Below are positions 7,301-11,184 of a stretch of DNA of 11,184 nucleotides, piece after piece. The notes under the pieces were generated by a model. That model saw nothing but the letters and a program-made list of their open reading frames with translations. It did no database searches and was not told the origin of the DNA. The DNA lies in contig CAZHPN010000189.1 of assembly GCA_964534375.1 (NCBI GenBank), forward strand, positions 1 to 11,184, in the 5' to 3' direction. The position numbers and the translations under genes are program-made. This DNA is from an uncultured bacterium. GTDB lineage: Bacteria; Lernaellota; Lernaellaia; Lernaellales; Lernaellaceae. How positions within the stretch are numbered: the stretch's first letter is position 1; every line of letters begins with the position of its first letter.

Positions 7301-8559
7301 GCGGCGTCCCGGAGTCGCATCGCCGGCTGTGGCACGTCGAAAACAAAAATTATTGGTCGAACGACGATTCGTTCGCGGTGATCGCGCACATTTTGCGCGG
7401 GCAAATCGACGCCGCGTGCGACGAACTGGTTCGCCTCGCCCCGCCGCTCGTGGGCTTCAGCGTCGTCGATCCGAAAGAGCGGCTGACGATCGAGTTCATC
7501 CGGCGTTTTCGCGAACGCAACCAAACGGCGCGCATTATTCTCGGCGGGCCGGCCTGCTTCACGCCTGAATATCGACAAATCTTCATCGACCGCGCGGGCG
7601 ATCTGATCGACGGCTATTGCATCGGCGAGGGCGAGCAGACTCTTGTGGAAGCCGTGCGCCGCACGATCGCCGGTGAATCGCTGGCGGGCACGCCGGGCTT
7701 GATGACGCTCGACGAAAGCCGCGCCTGCGTGTACACGCCGCGGCCGCCCCTGGCCGACCTCGACCGCCTCGCGCCGCCGACGTACGAGGAATTCGACCTC
7801 GCCCAATATCCGGGCGATTCGCTGATCCTCGAATGGAGCCGCGGGTGCGTCGGCAATTGCGCGTATTGCAAGGGTCGCCAGATCAGCGGCGCGTTTCGGA
7901 TGCGGAGCGCCGCGCACATCTTTGCCGAGCTGCGCCGGCACGTTGAGACGCTCGGCTGCCGCAATTTCACGATCGCCGACAACGTGCTCAACGGCGACCC
8001 GGCGATCCTCGAAGAACTCTGCGATCGCCTGCTCGCTTCGGGCTTGCAGATTCGCTGGAACGGCGAGGCGCTGCCGCTTGCCAGCGCCACGCGCGGGCTG
8101 CTCGACAAAATGGCGCGCGCCGGCTGCCGCGAGATTCAGTGGGGCCTCGAGTCGGCGTCGCCGAACGTGCTGCGCCGCATGGGCAAGGCCCGCTGCTTCA
8201 CCGTCGACGAGGCGCGGCGCGTGATCCGCGACAGCCACGAGGCGGGCGTCAAAACCTGCCTGTTCATGATCGTCGGTTTTCCCGGCGAGGAGCGCGAGGA
8301 CTTCGCCGAGACGCTGCGGTTCGTCCGCGAAAACGCGGCGTGGATCGATCAGATCAAGAGCATCAACACGATGCACGTCATCACCGGCACGGCGCTGCAC
8401 CAGTTTCCGGACCGGTTCGGCATCGAACTGCCCGCGGTCGATTATCACTATTTGTGGCGCTCGCTTGACGGCCGCAACCTGCCGGCGGAACGCAATCGCC
8501 GGGCGCGCGAGCTGCTGGCGCTTTGTCGCGAGCTGCGCATCGAAGTGCTCGAGACGAAC
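4330..8559 (+). repeat. Three tandem intragenic ~460-490-codon modules (approx. 4330-5712, 5755-7150, 7171-8559)
   Basis: Spacing of the Cys motifs is 1383 and 1461 nt. Parallel sequences: LPIAFSRGC / LPIRFSRGC / LILEWSRGC; FAEIKRHVETLGARDF / FAELRRHVETLGCRNF; VGFPGETEE / IGFPGETEA / VGFPGEERE; ends LGIPVRQTN / LRIEVLETN. Confidence 0.85.
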
Positions 8560-10212
8560 ATCGCCGAGGGCAAGCAGGAAGCCGTGGCCGTGCGTTTTCG
8601 CGACGCCAGCCTGCCGCTCGATGAACGCGAGAGGCTGCTGATCGCCGACATCAACGATTTGCGCTCGTTCGCGCTCGACGGCGTCGAAGCCGGCGACCGC
8701 GCGGGGCCGGCCGCCTGCTCCGTCGAACTGCCCGACAGCCATATCGCAATTCCGACACCCGAAGATGATGCGAAATTAATCGACGACAACCGCGCGCTGG
8801 CGGGCGTGCTCGACGGCGAACGCGTTTTCGCCGGGCCGGAAATCCTCGAGATCGACCTGACCAATTTCTGCAACCTCGATTGCGTCGGCTGCTGGAACCA
8901 TTCCCCCCTGCTCGGCGACAGGCGGATGACCGGCGAAGAAAAACAACTGCGGCTGCCGGCCGAAATGGTGTTTCGCCTGATCGACGACGCGGCCGATATG
9001 GGCGCCAAGCAAGTGCAGCTTTCCGGGGCAGGCGACCCGTTGTGTCACCCGGACGTCTTGGCGATCGTCGAGCGCATCAAGGCGCGCGGCCTCGAATGCA
9101 CGCTTGTCACGAACGGCACGCTGCTCACCGAAGCGGTCTGCCGTCGGCTCGTCGAGTTGGGGCTCGATCGCCTGACGGTCAGCGTCTGGGCCGGCACGCC
9201 GAAGGTCTACGCTGCGGTGCATCCGAACCAACCGCCGCAAACGCTGGCCAAAATCAAGAAGTCGCTGCAATTCATCCATGCTCTCAAGGCCGAGCGCGGC
9301 GTGCATCGCCCGCAGGTCAAAGTGTACAATGTCGTTTGCCACCTAAATGCGGGCGACGTCGACGCGATGATCGGCTTCGCGGTTGAGGCACTGGCCGAGC
9401 ACGTCGAATTCACGCCGGTGGACGTCGTGCCCGGCCGCACCGACGAACTGGCGCTCACCGACGCCGACCGCGCCGCGATCCTGCAACAACTGAACGATCT
9501 GCCGAAGCGGCCGGATTACCTGGAACTCGATCCGCAGCGCGGCCCGCGCCGGCTCGACGCCGACGGCGAGGGCCTCGAGTTCGCGCGGTTCGTCAAACGT
9601 TCGATCCTGCCGCCGGGGTTCCGTTACGTACTCGACGACATCACGCGTTTCGACGTGCTGTGTCCGCGCAAGGAATGGCGGCTCGACGTGCGAGAAGACA
9701 ACGCGGTCGAAAATGCGTTGCTGTTTTTCTACCCGCGCGAGGAATGTCTGAATTGCCCCGATAATCCGAAGTGCGCGATCGACAAAGAGCGGTTCGTAGT
9801 GAAGGTCGAGTTCACCAGCTTCCTCGGTTACGGCGCCTTTCTGCGGCGCATCCGCAGCGGCGCGGGCGCTTACGACGCGGGCATGATCGACGAGACGCCG
9901 TGCTGCATCGGCTGGACCTACGCGCGCGTGAAAACCGACGCCTCGGTGATCCCGTGCTGCAAGGCCGACGACCTGCCGCTCGGCAATTTGCAGACGGCAG
10001 ATTTTCGCGCCATCTGGGGGAACGCGGCGTACGCGGAATTTCGCCGGCGGGCGTTGACGCAATCGAAGCGCGACCCGTATTTCGCGCCGATCGACTGCGC
10101 CGCGGCCTGCGACAACCTCGGCCATAATCTGGCGACGCAGGAGCGCTTGCAAAAACTCACCGACGACCAGCGGCGATTGTTGCGGCAGCACGCCGCACGA
10201 CACGGCAAATAA
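4330..10212 (+). CDS. Giant multi-domain radical SAM protein: 3 x (cobalamin-binding + radical SAM) plus radical SAM-SPASM/twitch, ~1960 aa
   Basis: One uninterrupted frame with four CxxxCxxC motifs: CVKGCALC (5002-5025), CPRRCAFC (6385-6408), CVGNCAYC (7846-7869) and CNLDCVGC (8869-8892). Modules 1-3 have class B features: an N-terminal Rossmann-like B12 domain (PPxGLA..AAAL, IIxGG, GEGE), SRGC, GVES/GLES and IVGFPGE. Module 4 has LEIDLTNFC, SGAGDPL, VTNGTLL and a C-terminal CCIGW..VIPCC..LGNL..IW..CxxxC. Start chosen as ATG 4330 because the first domain begins immediately after it; ATG 4300 and TTG 4243 are in-frame alternatives. Confidence 0.93.
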   Translation: MIASRPDVFLVLVPPFGLEAPPLGLACIAAALRAAGRVVCVRDFNVELHARFTEELGHLWAPENKAAWVFATRHRATIAAFGDAFDRLAEEIADAAPAIAGFSVHSDNLAATIELIGRVRSRRPATKIIVGGMGVFSARGREAFPAGLVDAFAVGEGERTVVELVDALLAGRDADDVAGVAAPGKPFRGRPVAESLDDFPIPNFADFDLTKYATPNLPIAFSRGCVKGCALCGDRALMGRFRTRKAESVFAEIKRHVETLGARDFMVVDLQITQMMDEVVRLAEFIAAAGIEIRWNANAAVGPELTPAALAALRRAGCTNLTLGVESGSDAVLRRMNKGVTAQQAAEALRAVKGAGLRAWINIVVGFPGETEENVAETLAWLEANAANIDEVGVLNTCNVPESSALAVAPAKYGICEPLEFPWADAAWVGLDGNTPDVRRGRLRRVKALLDRLGIPVRQTNGDFVDEASDLAAQQYDALLVVCPPDEPTLPSLAIASAASFLARSRARLHIVDLNYEEYERADESKKRLWENGRLTAGTLAVSPAELATRVLQFDAPVLCFALTASAAVVTREVVRAVRASDPARRIVIFGDTARQADDYGFVVGRDVDFIVIGDPEETLAEIVRRRGEPYEFLRGARFVAAAGESNFLPREPIRDLGSLGFPTFEEFAPRRRLGPALPIRFSRGCPRRCAFCGEQPAAGPFRARRPAAVLAEMIHHHETWGVTEFRFADLIVNGDAAALEELCDLLGADGRPWRWTAQAAPDAALTPALLAKMARAGCARLRFGVESFSNALLARMNKPYDGLTATANLRDAHAAGIETRVNLLIGFPGETEADFLATAKALREGRAFIGGVDGLAPCEVPHGSLLERECANHEVLLPSDWPRKHWSHRGCNNLAWRRKRAGEMAAWIAGLDLVFDYDFHLPPGAPLRKIEGAIRERLRRKTEPPPAAVLVALPPWGWENPPVGLAYLAAALRAADLPARVLDCNITFYRGVPESHRRLWHVENKNYWSNDDSFAVIAHILRGQIDAACDELVRLAPPLVGFSVVDPKERLTIEFIRRFRERNQTARIILGGPACFTPEYRQIFIDRAGDLIDGYCIGEGEQTLVEAVRRTIAGESLAGTPGLMTLDESRACVYTPRPPLADLDRLAPPTYEEFDLAQYPGDSLILEWSRGCVGNCAYCKGRQISGAFRMRSAAHIFAELRRHVETLGCRNFTIADNVLNGDPAILEELCDRLLASGLQIRWNGEALPLASATRGLLDKMARAGCREIQWGLESASPNVLRRMGKARCFTVDEARRVIRDSHEAGVKTCLFMIVGFPGEEREDFAETLRFVRENAAWIDQIKSINTMHVITGTALHQFPDRFGIELPAVDYHYLWRSLDGRNLPAERNRRARELLALCRELRIEVLETNIAEGKQEAVAVRFRDASLPLDERERLLIADINDLRSFALDGVEAGDRAGPAACSVELPDSHIAIPTPEDDAKLIDDNRALAGVLDGERVFAGPEILEIDLTNFCNLDCVGCWNHSPLLGDRRMTGEEKQLRLPAEMVFRLIDDAADMGAKQVQLSGAGDPLCHPDVLAIVERIKARGLECTLVTNGTLLTEAVCRRLVELGLDRLTVSVWAGTPKVYAAVHPNQPPQTLAKIKKSLQFIHALKAERGVHRPQVKVYNVVCHLNAGDVDAMIGFAVEALAEHVEFTPVDVVPGRTDELALTDADRAAILQQLNDLPKRPDYLELDPQRGPRRLDADGEGLEFARFVKRSILPPGFRYVLDDITRFDVLCPRKEWRLDVREDNAVENALLFFYPREECLNCPDNPKCAIDKERFVVKVEFTSFLGYGAFLRRIRSGAGAYDAGMIDETPCCIGWTYARVKTDASVIPCCKADDLPLGNLQTADFRAIWGNAAYAEFRRRALTQSKRDPYFAPIDCAAACDNLGHNLATQERLQKLTDDQRRLLRQHAARHGK

Positions 10213-11184
10213 TGACCCCTTTGGCGCGAGCCCGCTGGTTATTGGCGGCGGTCGTCGCCGGGTTTGTCGCCGTCAATCTAGTCACGGCGTTTCTCGACAA
10301 AACCCCGGATTTCGACGACGCCGGCCGCAACCTGCATCGCGCGATGTGCTACCGCAACGCGTTGACGTACCACCTGCCGTTCTTCTCCTGCCTGATGGGC
10401 GATGGATATCACAAACCCGACGCCTGGGTGATTCCGGGCGGCCTCTTCATCTATTTGACCGACCCCGCGCTGGCGCCGTGGATCGCCCTCCTCGCCGAAC
10501 AGCTTTTTCTCGCGGCGCTGCTGGTCGCGGTGTTCGCCGTCGCCCGCCGCCTGGCGCCGTACGAGCCGCCGAGCGTGGCCCTGCTCGCCACGCTCGCGAC
10601 CGGCGCCGCGCCGCTGGTTTTCGGCCTCTCGAAAAAATTCATGGGCGACCTCCCGCTGACGGCGATGGTGTGGGTGTCGCTGGCGCTGCTGCCGGCCACG
10701 CGCGGCTTTCGTCGGCCCTGGATCTCGCTGGCGCTGGGCGCCGCGCTCGGCGTCGGCTTGATGATGCGGCAAACGTTCGCGCTTTTCCTCGTCGGGCCGC
10801 TCGTCATCGCCCTTGTTTTGGCGGTGCGCGAAAAAACCGACCGCGCCAAGCTGGCTTTCGGGCTGACATTGACCGCGCTGCCCGCGCTCGCGTTGCCCGC
10901 GCCCTGGTACGCGGCCAATTTCGTGCACAGCTTCATCCATTACCGCGACATGGGCGAAAACCTGCCGGCGTCGTGGTCCGGATTCTTGCCGGCCGGCGAC
11001 TACTTGCGGACGATCGCGACCGAACAACTCGGCTGGGTTCTCGCCGGTTTGGCGGTCTGCGGGTTGGTCCGGCTCTTGCGGCGCAAGCCGCTGCGCGACC
11101 GCTACGGCGCGCTGCTGCTTTTCGCCGCGCTCAGCCTGGCGGTTCCCTATTTGTTTTTCAGCGCGGCGCGCATTCACCTCGCGC
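10212..11184 (+). CDS. GT-C fold membrane glycosyltransferase (ArnT/PMT_2, GT83/GT39-like), 3' end outside window
   Basis: ATG at 10212 overlaps the upstream TAA (TAATG). Translated by hand: MTPLARARWLLAAVVAGFVAVNLVTAFLDKTPDFDDAGRNLHRAM... with many TM helices, an acidic DFDD after TM1 (10308-10319), PLVFGLSKKFMGDLPLTAMV, LGAALGVGLMMRQTF and PWY. The frame is open to the window edge and is absent from the ORF track. Confidence 0.85.
   Translation, partial: MTPLARARWLLAAVVAGFVAVNLVTAFLDKTPDFDDAGRNLHRAMCYRNALTYHLPFFSCLMGDGYHKPDAWVIPGGLFIYLTDPALAPWIALLAEQLFLAALLVAVFAVARRLAPYEPPSVALLATLATGAAPLVFGLSKKFMGDLPLTAMVWVSLALLPATRGFRRPWISLALGAALGVGLMMRQTFALFLVGPLVIALVLAVREKTDRAKLAFGLTLTALPALALPAPWYAANFVHSFIHYRDMGENLPASWSGFLPAGDYLRTIATEQLGWVLAGLAVCGLVRLLRRKPLRDRYGALLLFAALSLAVPYLFFSAARIHLA

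Noticed and set aside
4330..10212. Assigning a specific gene name (hpnP, hpnJ, bchE, miaB, grsA) to the giant radical SAM
   Set aside because: Only family-level motifs are recognisable. There are no MTTase N-terminal or TRAM features and no pathway context supporting a named orthologue.
2649..11177. Long antisense ORFs (2649..4190, 4255..5754, 4263..5861, 5947..8742, 9343..10203, 10278..11177) and plus-strand 5916..7568
   Set aside because: Expected by-products of high-GC codon bias opposite or within genuine genes; no recognisable motifs.

Overview
GC-rich bacterial window, probably from a diderm organism, with five supportable genes; most ORFs in the supplied track are antisense or frame-shadow artefacts. 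Minus strand: (1) a conserved-looking hypothetical membrane protein of more than 660 aa with EF-hand loops (1982 to beyond the left edge, missed by the ORF track) and (2) a stand-alone HPr-family phosphocarrier (2407..2138). Plus strand, divergent from these: (3) an outer-membrane beta-barrel of the BBP2/DUF1597 type, preceded by 11-bp-period direct repeats resembling an OmpR/KdpE-family operator; (4) a single ~1960-aa polypeptide with FOUR radical SAM domains, namely three tandem cobalamin-binding + radical SAM modules and one radical SAM with an extra Cys4 insert and a SPASM/twitch tail; and (5) a translationally coupled GT-C (ArnT/PMT_2-like) membrane glycosyltransferase that runs off the right edge (also missed by the track). 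The four-domain radical SAM protein coupled to a GT-C is the best candidate for an undescribed system, probably modifying a cell-envelope glycan or glycolipid. All family assignments come from motif recognition by eye; no database searches were run.
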